Source of the DNA: Lama guanicoe
Taxonomy: Eukaryota
Reading direction: 5' to 3'
Length of the DNA: 64,000 nucleotides
Assembly: GCA_013239625.1 (NCBI GenBank)
Contig: MU057102.1
Coordinates: forward strand, 3,035,713-3,099,712
The notes under the pieces are model-generated. The model saw only the letters and a list, made by a program, of their open reading frames with translations. It searched no databases and had not been told where the DNA came from. Of the stretch, positions 1-58,380 are shown one piece after another (the stretch's first letter is position 1; each line of letters starts with the position of its first letter). The position numbers were made by a program, and so were the translations under genes.

Positions 1-138
1 GGGTGGCCCTGGGGTGGGTTCCTCCAGGGCTGGGGCCGGGTATGGGGGCAGTTGAACGGCCGGTGCCGCCCAGAGTGCACGTGGGGCCCTGGGTGGCGGG
101 GGGCTAGGCGCCCAGGACTGTCACCTCCCTCTCGGCAG

Positions 139-310
139 ATGAAGGGCGCCCTCACGGAGATCATCCAGCTTGCCACCCTGGATTCGGACCCCTGGGTTCT
201 CATGGTAGCTGACATTCTGAAGTCCTTTCCTGACACCGGATCGCTCAACCTTGACCTTGAAGAGCAGAATCCCAACGTTCAGGATATTTTAGGAGAACTT
301 AGAGAAAAGG
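139..310 (+). CDS. NELFA: NELFA exon 2
   Basis: cggcag|ATGAAG...AAGG|gtaggt; MKGALTEIIQ...ELREK. Confidence 0.95.
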
Positions 311-3300
311 GTAGGTTGCATGTGCTTGGTTTATGCTGGGATGGGGGAAACACGCCTTCCTTTAGAGCACCTTTTCTCTAACGGATGTGACTTCGAGGCG
401 CTGTGTGTGTACTGTGTGGTGCGCTGTGGTTCCTGAAACGCTGACTGTGTGCACACGTCTCCCCTGCCCCCGCTGCTGCCGTCTGGGTTTTTGCCAACCT
501 GTAAAAAGCAGCTGCCCCCTCACTGCACTTCCTTTGTCTCATGGATCACTGACTTGCACGCTTCATGTTCACACGCTCCCTCTCCGCACGCAGCCCCACG
601 AGGACACGGGCACTGGGACACGCCGTGGCGCAGAGTAGACGTGTGTTGGAAGTAGCAGTAGGCCCCTTGTTTAGGACGTGAACTGGAAACCCACTTAGCA
701 GACGCCTGCAGGTGGTCTGAGAGGACAGAGCTGAGGAGGACTGCTCCTCTCCTGGTTTGGAGACTGGAATTGGCAGCCCTTAAAGATGGAAGCTGCCCTG
801 CGGGGCCACCCCCACACCTCTGTCGCTTCTGAAGCCTCTTCTCAACCACGAGAACTCACTCTTCTCTGAATTTTCACTTGCTTTGTAACTGCCCAGATTC
901 TGAGAACTACATAGATTCTTCCAGAGCAAACCCAAGATATCTCTGTGCTGATGATTACCTCGACGAGGGTCCAGACAGGGCCACGCCCACCTGGGTGTCA
1001 TCTCTTAGGTGGGAGGTTGGTCCTCCTGGGGCAGGAAGGGCAGGGTTGGGGCTGGTCTGTGCTTCCCCCCGCCTCCGGGTCGGCCTATTAACCAACCTGG
1101 GCAGCAGGGACGACTCCGGGGGGGAAACCGAGCTGGCCGCAGACCTTCCCTTCCCGCCGCTTGCTCTTGGGGTGCCTAAAACGCCCTCCAGAAATAGCTG
1201 TACTGATGGGAACCTGTGTCCCCAGCCTTCCCGCCCAGCAAGTCTGGGGTGGGGCCCAGGCACCTCTGCCTTTAAAAGCTCCCGGGGGATTCCGATGGGC
1301 CCCTTCCATCCTCGCCCAGGTCAGTGGCCTTGATGGCTGAGTGATGGCAGACAGTTTGTGGACCCCTGTTTTCTGCGTTGCAATCAAAGCAGCAGCTCCA
1401 AGACTGTACGCAGGAAGCTGCATTTTGGGTCCTCTTAGCCTCAGCTGTGAGAGCCGAGGCCCAGGCAGGGACCGCCCCCCTAACATGTTGGTTCTTGAAC
1501 GAGCAGTGAGTGAGTGTGAGGCGTCGGCCATGCTCCCGCTGGAGTGCCAGTACCTGAACAAGAACGCCCTGACGACCCTCGCGGGGCCCCTCACCCCCCC
1601 AGTGAAGCACTTCCAGCTGAAGAGGAAGCCAAAGAGCGCCACGCTGAGGGCGGAGCTCCTGCAGAAGTGTGAGTGGCTGTCCTGCCGGGCTGCTCCGCCA
1701 GGGGCCCGCGGACTGGGGAGCGCCCACTGCCCAGCAAACTGTGCTTTTGCCTTATGTCTGCAGTTGTTAAATTTCCTCTAGGTTTTTGGTACCTAAACTG
1801 TCTTTTAAAGACAGAGTCCTACGTAGTTGTTTCTTTTATTTGAAATTTATTGATGCCGTGCTAAACCGTGTGTTTAAAAATATGCCTTAGAAACTTCCCA
1901 ATTTCCAGGTTACAGTATTTATAATCTTTGATACAAAAGTGACCTCTGTACCAGTTGTGTGACACTGGTGATGAGACTGGCAGCCTGGGAGGGACTGCGC
2001 CTCACTCCGTAGCTCCTCACCCCTTCAGTAGTACACGGTCTCAGTTTGACCCTAAAGATGCTGGGTCATTTCATGTGATGTTTTCTCAGACGGTGCCCTG
2101 TAACGTGTCTGTGCAGGGATACTTGCTGGGAAGAAGACAAGGAAACTGATTCCTCTGACCGGTGGTGGCAAAACTTCTGTTGTAAATAGTTATGATACTG
2201 ATATTAATGCCCGGTTTTCAAAGAATCCAGATGAAACACAGCAGGCATCATGACCCTTGGCTGCAGATGGACAGTGTCCGGGTCAGCACTGCTGTGTGGT
2301 TTTGTGGAGCTGGCAGCATGCAGCCTGGGCCTCAGACCTTTCCATGCACCCTCTGGCAGCAGAACCTGGTGCCAGGCGCTGGGCTCTGTTCCTCCCTGAG
2401 CTGTGTCAGGAAAAGCCCTTGTCTTTGTGCGTCTGTGAAGGGAAATGGTCAGTTAGCGAGGACCACCAGTGAGGACACTTCACCAGGAACCTTCGCCCGC
2501 CTCGGGCCCTCGCCCAGGTCCCCACAAGGCCTCCCTGCAGCCACCTGGGGAGAGGGGAGGCCCCTCCCAGACCCCGGCCTGGCTGTGCCTCCTCCTGTGC
2601 CCGGCTCGCCCGCCATCCCCTGGGAGGTGCGGCCTTAGCGGCTGTACTTACAGAAGGTGGAGAACATAGTTGTACGTACCCTGTTGGGTTTCTCAGCCGA
2701 CAGGTTACGTGTCGTGAGGGGGCAGACCCATGTTTGTGCTCGAACACTCGCACCTCGGCCTTCCTTGTAATCAGACTGAGGCGGGCTCGCTCCGTGGTGC
2801 CATGCAGCTGAGCGCTGACCCGCCACCCTTGTCCTTGCAGCCACCGAGACCGCCCAGCAGCTGAAGAGGAGCGCGGGGGTACCCTTCCATGCCAAGGGCC
2901 GGGGGCTGCTCCGGAAGATGGACACCACGAGTAAGGCCGCGCCCCCGCCGCCCCTGCCTGCCAGCCCCGGCTGCCTCGTGTGTCTGCCCTAAAGACACTC
3001 TTCCCTCGTCAGCAAAGTCCTCTAGGGTTGGGATCTGGTGGCAACAGGCCTGAGGGTGCTTTCGGGCCTGTGAGTGTGGAACGAGGGGCGAGCGCAGGGT
3101 TAGTTTCAGAAGCTTTTCCATGTAGGATCTGGAAGGTTGCGCGTGAACCCACGAGACAAGGAAGGACAGCAGAGGGAGACGCCCGTTTTGGTTTCTCACA
3201 CGTCTTCAGCAGCCGGCAGGCGCGGGCTGCCATGCAGCTCGGGTCACTGGCTGGGTGCGGTCTCTGCGTCCTCTGTGGGAGATGGGGATCAGGCATGGGG

Positions 3301-6300
3301 ACGGAGGGTGGGTGGTTCTGGCTGTCCAGCCTGTAACAGGTCCATTCACCAAGAGGCTCAGGAAAGGAGTAGCACCCGCAGTTGTCAGAGCTGATGGAGT
3401 CCATGTGTTGGGTTGATGGCTGCAGAGGTGGCCTTTGTTCAGTGTCTTTGAGAATGCCACGTTTTGGCTGTGGCGTCATTGATTCCCAAGCCTTGCCCTT
3501 CTGGGCAGGCCAGCTTGGTGCCCAAGTACATGGGAGGGGAACAGGGCAGGCCCTTGGTCGCAGGCGTCCCGGGGGTGCCACCTGCCCCTGCCCTGAGACG
3601 CAGTCTGTCCATGGGAGCCCTGTGTGGGGGCTGTGGAGTTACTGGCAGATGAGCGGTCCCTGTGGTCCTCCCCTAGGGCAGCTCGCCCTGGGCCATCTCT
3701 GCTGGTCACAGTGTCTGAAGCCCTGACGGCCGCCGTCCTCTTTGCAGCCCCGCTCAAAGGCATCCCGAAGCAGGCACCCTTCCGGAGCCCCACTGCCCCC
3801 AGTGTCTTCAGCCCCACCGGGAACCGGACTCCCATCCCGCCTTCCAGGACGCCCCTGCGGAAGGAGAGGGGCGTGAAGGTGAGCGCGCCCCTCTGGCTTC
3901 TGCGGCCCCGGGGACTGGCCCAGCACGCCTTCACTGTGGCTGAGGGTGGCCTTCTGTCTGTGTTGACAGCTCCTTGACATTTCTGAGCTGGATATGGTTG
4001 GTGCCGGCCGGGAGGCGAAGAGGAGGAGGAAGACGCTGGGTGCGTGTGCGGGGCCTCCGGGCAAGGTCTGCGGAGGGGGCGCTGGCTGCCTAGGGGCCCC
4101 GCTTCGTCTGCTCGTGGAGGCCTGTGTCTCCCTCATCTCTGGCTGGAGAGAGTCAGCCCCGCGCGTGGCCCTTCCCTGGGGGCTCGTCGCCGGCTTGTCC
4201 TGGAGACTGTGTGCCCCCGGGTGACCTGCTCTGAGCCGGGGCCAGGATGGTGGCCGGGCCACTGAGGACTCCGATTTCTCAGCAGACGCAGAAGTGGCGG
4301 AAAAGCCGGCCAAGGAGGAGACGGTCATCGAGAACGCCACCCCCGACTATGCAGCCGGCCTGGTATCCACTCAGGTAGGACTTCAGCGCCTCCAGCAGCC
4401 GGAGCGGGGTCCTTCCTGTTCGCGTTGTGGCTGCTGGAGGGTACGTGTGCACACGTGTTTGCGCAGATCTGTGCGGGGAGCTCCTTGGCGGTGTCCCCGC
4501 TCAGAGGCCTCTGCTGGCGGGGAGGCTGGGCCGCCGGGCACGGCGAGTGTGCGCCTTGTGGAGGCGTGGCTGCAGGGGGCCTGGGAAGGCCCGTCTCTGG
4601 GCAGCAGGTGACTCTTCCTCTTGCAGAGCTGTTTTCTCTCATCCTGTATTGTGTGCTTTCCTGGAAGGAAAGACACGGTCGAGCTTTCTCCTTTCCTCAG
4701 ACAGCTGTTCGAGAGGCTCCTTCACCAAACGGGAACCATCTGGTCCCTGCCTCTCTGCTGCAGCAGCTCCAGGCCGGGGACCAGGGCTGGACGCTTGGAG
4801 TCCCACACTGCCCAGTGTGGGGCCCAGAGAGGTCCCCTCCCCAGCCCTGGGGACAGCAGTGTCCTTGTCCTGCTCCAGGGCCGGGGCCCCTCCAGTGGGG
4901 TGAGGCACTGAGGCCGTGGAAGAGCCACCCGCCCGGTGTCTGGGGGAAGCACGCACTGAGCCCCCGGCCTCTTCTGGGAGGAACCACAGACTCTTTCTTC
5001 CAGAAACTCGGGTCTTTGAACAATGAGCCTGCGCTGCCCTCCACGAGCTACCTACCCGCCACGCCCAGTGTCGTCCCGGCGTCGTCCTATGCCCCCAGCT
5101 CCGAGGCCCCGCCAGGTGAGGGGTGCCCCACACAGGCGGCGTTCCGTGGTCTGGGGGACCCCTACTCGCCAGGAGGGAGCAGCATCTCCCCAGGACTTGC
5201 CCACGTGGTGCTTCCTTGGGGGTCAGGACATCTCTGTCCCTCGTCCCTCTCCTTCAGTGGAGCCGGCCGGAGACCCAGGACCCTCCTGGCCGGCGTGAAC
5301 TTGAAGAAACGAACCCAAAGTTCTCCCCTGCTTTGCCCTTCCTGGGGCCAGGGCCCACCCCTACAATCTCCCTACCCTCCAGGAAGTGCAGGGTCACAGA
5401 AGCCTGGCAGCGTGTGGGCTCTGGGGCGACACAGGGTCAGCGGGCAGCAGAGCAGACCCCGTCCACGTCTCTAGGAGCCGCGGGCTGAGCGCAGAGCCCA
5501 GGGTGGGGTACCTGCCCCCCGGCCCCTCACCAGGCCTCACTCCACTTGCAGCCCCGTCTTCCCGGGAAGCCAGCCTGCAGGCCAGCCGGCCGCCTGAGGA
5601 GCCCAGCGCCGCGAGCCCGGCACTGCCCGCGCAGTTCAAGCAGAGGGCGCCCTTGTACAACAGCGGCCCGAGCCCTGCTGCACCCACACCCACTGCGCCC
5701 ACCTCGCCCCTGACGCCCACCACGCCCCCAGCTGTCACCCCCGCCGCCCAGACACCTCCAGTGGCCATGGTGGCCCCCCAGGCCCAGCCCCCCGCCCAGC
5801 AGCAGCCCAAGAAGAACCTGTCGCTCACGGTAGGTGTAGGCGGCGGGGGGCACATGGCCTGGCCCCCCAGCACTGCAACGGGGTCCGGGCACCCACACCC
5901 TCTTCCCACTGCAGAGAGAGCAGATGTTTGCCGCGCAGGAGATGTTCAAGACGGCCAATAAGGTCACGCGGCCTGAGAAGGCCCTCATCTTGGGCTTCAT
6001 GGCCGGCTCCCGAGGTGGGTCTGGTGGCCGGCCTGGTGGGCTTCGGGCTGCGGGTCCTCCAGGGAGGGGTCGGGGGTTGGCCCCCGACCCCTTCCGCCCA
6101 GCAGCCTCTTCCCCTGCAGAGAATCCCTGCCAGGAGCAGGGCGACGTGATCCAGATCAAGCTGAGCGAGCACACAGAGGACCTGCCCAAGTCGGACGGCC
6201 AGGGCAGCACCACCATGCTGGTGGACACCGTCTTCGAGATGAACTACGCCACGGGCCAGTGGACGCGCTTCAAGAAGTACAAGCCCATGGCCAACGTGTC

Positions 6301-6304
6301 CTGA
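139..6304 (+). CDS. NELFA: Negative elongation factor A (WHSC2), spliced CDS, exons 2-11; exon 1 is outside the window
   Basis: Exons 139-310, 1507-1668, 2841-2930, 3748-3878, 3970-4039, 4286-4374, 5004-5115, 5552-5829, 5915-6014, 6120-6304. All have GT-AG boundaries with consistent phase. They join to MKGALTEIIQLATLDSDPWVLMVADILK...GQWTRFKKYKPMANVS*, 462 codons plus stop. Confidence 0.97.
1507..1668 (+). CDS. NELFA: NELFA exon 3
   Basis: gagcag|TGAGTGAG...AAGT|gtgagt; VSECEASAMLPLECQYLNKN...AELLQK. Confidence 0.95.
2841..2930 (+). CDS. NELFA: NELFA exon 4
   Basis: ttgcag|CCACCGAG...ACGA|gtaagg; STETAQQLKRSAGVPFHAKGRGLLRKMDTT. Confidence 0.95.
3748..3878 (+). CDS. NELFA: NELFA exon 5
   Basis: ttgcag|CCCCG...GTGAAG|gtgagc; TPLKGIPKQAPFRSP...KERGVK. 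Confidence 0.95.
3970..4039 (+). CDS. NELFA: NELFA exon 6
   Basis: tgacag|CTCCTT...CTGG|gtgcgt; LLDISELDMVGAGREAKRRRKTL. Confidence 0.95.
4286..4374 (+). CDS. NELFA: NELFA exon 7 (NAGNAG alternative start at 4283)
   Basis: ctcAGcAG|ACGCA...CAG|gtagga; DAEVAEKPAKEETVIENATPDYAAGLVSTQ. Confidence 0.93.
5004..5115 (+). CDS. NELFA: NELFA exon 8
   Basis: ttccag|AAACTC...CCAG|gtgagg; KLGSLNNEPALPSTSY...SEAPP. Confidence 0.95.
5552..5829 (+). CDS. NELFA: NELFA exon 9
   Basis: ttgcag|CCCCG...ACG|gtaggt; APSSREASLQASRPPEE...PKKNLSLT. Confidence 0.94.
5915..6014 (+). CDS. NELFA: NELFA exon 10
   Basis: ctgcag|AGAGAG...CGAG|gtgggt; REQMFAAQEMFKTANKVTRPEKALILGFMAGSR. Confidence 0.95.
6120..6304 (+). 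CDS. NELFA: NELFA exon 11, coding part
   Basis: ctgcag|AGAAT...GTGTCC TGA; ENPCQEQGDVIQIKLSE...KPMANVS*. Confidence 0.96.
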
Positions 6305-6734
6305 GGCCGCAGCCGCCCGCGCTGCAGGCCCCGCCTCGGGGTTCGGACTTGTTTTCTAAGTTTTAGTATGGGCTCCCTTTTGTGTGATTTAAGACACTTT
6401 TTTGGATTCAATATTACATTTTTGAATGTTAAACTTAGCCCAGAAAGCTGTAATTTCCTAATCTTAGGGACAGCTCTGACAGTTCGACTTCTTTTTTTAA
6501 TTTTCTTCTTAAATTCCACTGGCCTTGAGGGAGGGCTCTTCCTTGCTCTTGCAGCCCCTGACCCACGAGGTGAGGGCACCGTGGGCGGCGCCCGGCGTGG
6601 CTGAGGACAGGTGGGGGCGGCGCCAGGGACGTCAGGCCGCGTTCCCCGCCCGCGGTCTTGTGCCTCTCGTACAGTCGTACGCATTTAAGACCAGGCCTCG
6701 GGTACTTGTTGCCACTGTAAAGACTGTCTGAGTA

Positions 6735-6740
6735 ATTAAA
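6735..6740 (+). terminator. Probable NELFA polyadenylation signal ATTAAA
   Basis: ATTAAA about 430 nt after the stop, with TGTA just upstream. Confidence 0.65.
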
Positions 6741-7129
6741 GTTCAGCTTTTCTAAAGAAAGCACCAGAGCTATGTTTCTAGCCAGCCCACCCTCCGCTCT
6801 GCTTGGGGGTCGGCGCCGGGGGAGGGGCGTCCGCGGCGTCCTCTCCTGGCCGCCTCACTCTTACGGGGAGTCTGGGAACCAAGTTATTTATGGTAGGGGA
6901 AACACTTTTTTCCAGAATCAGAACAGCACTGCTTGTGGTGTTTGTTGCACGTCCAGGGCCATGTCGGCCTCGCCCCGAGAGTCAAAAGCAGGACGACGTC
7001 CGAGGACTGCGCCCACCGAACGCGCCCCCCGAACACACGACAGCCGCCGACCGGGAAGTGGAAGGAAGCCCCAGACCGAAGAACGCACTCCCACACAAAG
7101 CAAGTCTGAGCAAAAGGCCTTTAAAATCT

Positions 7130-7135
7130 TTTAAT
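7130..7135 (-). terminator. Probable NSD2 distal polyadenylation signal ATTAAA
   Basis: Minus strand tttttgtATTAAAagattttaaaggcc followed by a GU-rich tract (ttgctttgtgtggg). Confidence 0.65.
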
Positions 7136-9771
7136 ACAAAAATACTCACACACGGCTTTCCAGATGCAGCTTCCGTTTTGGCAAGTCTCAAATCTACATC
7201 TTAGTATGCTCTCCCCAGAAGCGAGCTTCAAGTTTCTCGGTCGTCTGTCAGAACTGGCGGTAGCACCTGGCACCCTGAGAGGAGGCGCCCGACCTGCTGT
7301 CCGGAGCGCAGACCCCGGTGGGCAGTGTTCGTACGGTTTCACATCTCGGCGGGGTCCGGGGACGTCACGCCCGTGGACTCGGCGTTTTGCTCAAACCTTC
7401 ATCAAACGCTACACATCTCGTAGGATCAAGAATTTGGCAACCGACAGTCGTTTGCATGGACTTTCACTAAGCAGGCTTATCTTCAGTTCCTGAAAATAAG
7501 GTAGCTCTAGAAGGGCACCGTGCCCTGCGGCCTGGCTGCCGTGGTGTGTGTGTGGAGGGCGCTGGGAGTGCAGACCTGAGGGTGCGCAGGGCGTCCGCTC
7601 GCGTCTGGGTGGGAGTCCAGAGGCGCCCGGGAGCTGTTCCCCGCTTCCACTGCACATTGGTGACATAGGACTGACACCGGCCCCCCAGCGCGAGCTGCCC
7701 TCACTCAAGCCAAGGCCCCGGTCACAGCCCCGTCGGGAAGGCCCCTCCAGCGCGGCTGCTCCTCCAGAGCCTCGTTGGGTTCAGGTCCATAAACTGGTTT
7801 TCTAGAGATTCTCAAAGTTAGTGTTATTTGCTCATTAGTTTAACAGGTTTTGGAAAGCAGGCAGCCATGTCAAAAATAGATTTTCCAGTATTTCCTTGAG
7901 AAAGATCATAAAAGAATTTGGAAATAATGTCAAAGTGACTCAAAAGCCACAAAATTTTATGACTGTCAATACAAAAATAAGTTAATCTGCTCCCCAGAGT
8001 GCACTGTAAAACCAGTCCGGTGTTGTGACTTGGGCCGAAGGCGGTCCCTGGAGGGAGGACGGGTGACAGCAGTGCAGGCCCGGGGGAGGCCTGGGGCCTC
8101 GACTTGTGAGTCAGTCCAGTACCTCCCCCGACTACCGGGGAGAAGCCGCAGTTCTCAACTGAGATGCTCTGCGGTCCCTGCGTCCCACCGGCGGCGTGTG
8201 TCCAGACACAGCTAAGCCTCACGTGCAGAAGCCCCAGCGGAGGACCAAGCCCGTCTCCTGTGACCCTGCGGCCTTGGCCTGGCAGAGCCCACGCCACCCC
8301 AAAAACTCACATCACAAAACCACAGAGAGGTCGTGAACTTGAGTCCAAGTACGTCCTGCCGTCAGTTCTACGAGGCACAAACCGGAGGCCTCAGGAGTTT
8401 TCAAGAACAGCTGTGTGGACTTCTGCAGGACAGATGTTCCCCTTAGGTTATTTTAAGAAGAGGCCAGAGAGAAGCACCTGCCGCCACCATCCCGTCCCGC
8501 CCTTGCGACTGTGGGGACGCTCCCAACTTCCTGGGTCAGGAGGAGAGGAGCCTGGTCTCCACCGTGAACGCAGTGCTCGCGGGTGGTTCACTTCGTGCGG
8601 CAGGGCCTCTTAACAAGGAAGAGCTGATGGAAACCTCGGGGGTCAGCGGCGGCCCGCGGTCAGGAGACCAGCGCCCGTGCCCAGCGCAGCTCACGTTTCC
8701 CAGGAGCAGACCCGTGAGTGTGGAAAGTCACTTCAGGTGGCAGCGGTTCTGACCTCTGGGTCCCTCCTCAGCCTGAAAGGAGTGCTTTCTGGAACTGCAC
8801 GCGTCCCACGGGCTCTGGTCCCGGACAGACCGTTTCCCTACGTTGTCGCTGGACACGGGGCCAGCAGGGGGGCCGTGCCCCACAAACCTCACTCCTTCTG
8901 CAGTGAGAACTCAGGACGCATCAGTAAACACGCATGTCAGTCGTGGTAACTTGTGAACCAAGTTTAGCAAAAATATATTGAGAATAAAAGCCAGAAACTG
9001 GTAAGAAGCCAACTGAAAAAATATACAAACTTCCCCCAAGCACTGGTGAGAGCCCCGGGGGAGGCTGCTCCGCGGGCCTGTGCAGTGAAGGCCAGCGCGG
9101 TGGCAGCGTCTGGGTCAAATCCGTGGGGAGCAGCCTCCGAGGAGGCCAGACACTAGCGCTGTCACCCATCCTGGGGCCGGCTTCTCAACAGGACGGGGGG
9201 AAGCATTTCGAGGAAAAATTTCACATTAGTACAAAAAAAAGTCATACGGCTGTTTCATAAGAGCAAAATAATGATCACAATCATGGTTTCCAAGGCGTTC
9301 AGGGTCTGAGTCCTTGCCCAGGCCCCGCCCTGGTCTCCCCTGAGTGCGGACGACAGGCAGGCAGGCCGAGAGCCGTCGTTGAGATCAGGGAGGAGAGTGA
9401 TCCTTAGAAAAGACACTAATCTATATATTCCAGGTGAGATAACATTTCATATGCCAGTTAACTTCCAATCATAACTTCAACCTAAAAAAACAGAGCGGGA
9501 GGGAGGCCTGGCGCTCAGATTCAAGTGTGGCTGGAATGCGGGTCGCTGGCTGGTCTGTCCTCAGACGGCGTCAGTGCGGGCGCAGCGGGCGCTGCAGCGA
9601 TGGCTCAGTGTGGGGAAGCGCTCCCTCCCTGGGAGGCCTGTCTGTCTGTCTGTCTTGGCGGCTGCGGGCTGCGTCCTCTGGGCCAGGCCCACGCCCGGCC
9701 CCCTGCCCGCCAGGCGGGCCAGCCGCCCGAGGCCGCCCCCGATCTGACCAAGACCAAGCCCCACGTGGGCG

Positions 9772-56241
<46,470 letters not shown>

Positions 56242-57779
56242 CTTCACGCCCTGACCGCCTTCCCAGCAGAAAGACAACTGTTTCTGAGGCTGAGTGCCAC
56301 TCAGCCCGGATGCTCCCGCTCTTAGCACTCTGCGGAATCAGAAGCACAAAAAGAACAAGAAATGTACTACGTTTAGAGCCCGAAATGCGCCTGCCAACAA
56401 AGCTCTCCACCACTCTGCGGGGTTCACCGAGGCAATTCATAGGTCGCAGGAGGCAAGTCCAGTATCCCAAAAATGACACACAAGAATCACAAAACGGTGC
56501 AGTGAAAGGAAAGGGGCGGACACCAAGCCAGCAGGCAGAAGGCAGGCTGCCATCCTGACCAGCAGCGGGCCATGGGTGCCCACCCACCTGCTCCCTCACC
56601 TGGGAGGCCAGATCACCTGTGGCAGCTCGCCTGCCACAGGGGCAGCGACCACAAAGCCAGGCCCGCGAGAGGGATTAAGGGGAGGCCCTGACGACCAAAC
56701 ACAGTTCCTCACGTCACAGCTGAGGGGGACCAGGACACACCTGAGACGACCGGTCGGCAAAGCTCAAAAACCCATCTCCCACACCTGGCGGGGACAGTGA
56801 GACAGCTCAGTCTGGCCAGTCCCTCCCAGACCCCCACCACACCAGGCCCAAAGTCAATGCCCTGACAAGGAGCACCACGTCAACAGAGAAGCCCAGTTAC
56901 CGTTCCTGTGACGACCAATTGGTCCGGGCAGCACTACTGGGCCTTAATTTGCACAACTCACCAAGTGATGAGGGAGGCCCGGGGGCATGGGGTCTTCCCG
57001 GCACAGCTACAGCCCCAGTTGGGGACACCTGGTGGGCAGCCTGGAATAGTAACAGGCAGGCCCTGTTCCAGCTGGGATGACACCCACCAAGAGTGCACGA
57101 CAGCCACCAACGAAACTCCTCCGAGAAGGCGGCACGCAGGCGCATCAGACCCTGGGGAGCAGCTGGTCCGCAAGTGGGGACACCTCTGCTCCCCAGAGAT
57201 GTGCCGCATTGTCTGGGGGCTGCTAGCGACACCTACTGGGGAGGGTCAAGGGTGCAGCTAAGCATCCTCAACACATAGGGTGGCCTCCCAGCAAAGAACT
57301 ATCCGGCAGAGGAACGCTGGCATGTGCTGTGCAGCAGTGAGGAGCTGTCCGGGCTGCGACCCCCTGCGCCCACGGAAACAGCCAGGGTGGCAGCCACGCA
57401 GCTGAGGTGGGCCCGGGGAGAGGAGCCAACTTAGCACCCTAAGTCCAGCTTAGCCGCACACACACGAGAGCTCTGACTCCGCAGAACTGTTTCTGAAGGT
57501 AAATCAGTGAGGCTTCCTAGTCTGGCTCACATCAGCCTAACTGGACAAAAGTAGGAGACAAGCACCTAAAGGCGCTGGGGAGAGAGCGAGCCGGGGGAGT
57601 GGCTGGGCCGGTGCCTGAGCGGGCGGGAGGCAAGCGCAGCAGGTGCGCCGGGGAAGGGGAGCCCCGCCCAAATAAATCCAGGTCTCCACACGCACAGGGC
57701 AGAGTCCAAGCAGCCTAGCTTAGGGAATACCAGAAGCAAGATTCGGCTGCTAGACAAAAACAAACCAAAGCAACGCTCT

Positions 57780-58380
57780 CACCCGAGGACGGCCACTGTC
57801 AGACAGACAGAAAGCAGGTGCCTGTGACGACGTGGAGAAACTGGAACCCCTGTGCACTGCTGATAGGATGTAAAATGGCGCGGCTGCTGTGGAAAACACT
57901 AGGAAGTTCCTCAAAAAATTAATATGACCCAGCAATTCCACTTCTGGATACTTACCCAAAAGAACTGAAAGCAGGGTCTCAAAGATATCTGAACCCCGTG
58001 TACAGAACAGCACCGTTCACAACAGGCAAAGGCGGAAGCAGCCCAAGTGTCCATCCACACAAAGGACACGCCTCAGCCCTAAACAGGAAGGACACTCTGA
58101 CGCCTGCTACAACCTGGATGAGTTCTGAGGACATTCCGAGTAAAATAAGACAGTCACGACAGGACAAATACTGTGTGACTGCACCTGTGTGAGTGATCAA
58201 GTCCATAAAGACAGACGGCAGAACGGCAGCTCCAGGAGCCAGGAGAGGGGAGCATGGGGAGCTGTGGCTTTCGTGGGGACAGCCTTTCAGATTTGCAAGA
58301 TGAAGAGAGTTCTGGGGACGGGTGGTGGTGACGGCTGCACAATGTGAGTGTACTTAACGCCACTGAGCAGAACAAAGAAC
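57780..58380 (+). mobile_element. L1MB-like ORF2 end and 3'UTR
   Basis: gtggagaaactggaacccctgtgcactgctg...tgacccagcaattccacttctgg...gctacaacctggatga...gatgaagagagttctgg. Confidence 0.8.

Noticed and set aside
3690-3766. Position matching human MIR943 (NELFA intron 4/exon 5 junction)
   Set aside because: The mature-arm region reads ctgacggccgccgtcctctttgcag against recalled human CTGACTGTTGCCGTCCTCCAG. The seed differs and I see no convincing hairpin.
4425-5474. 349-aa ORF on +
   Set aside because: GC-rich intronic read-through around NELFA exon 8; only 5004-5115 is coding.
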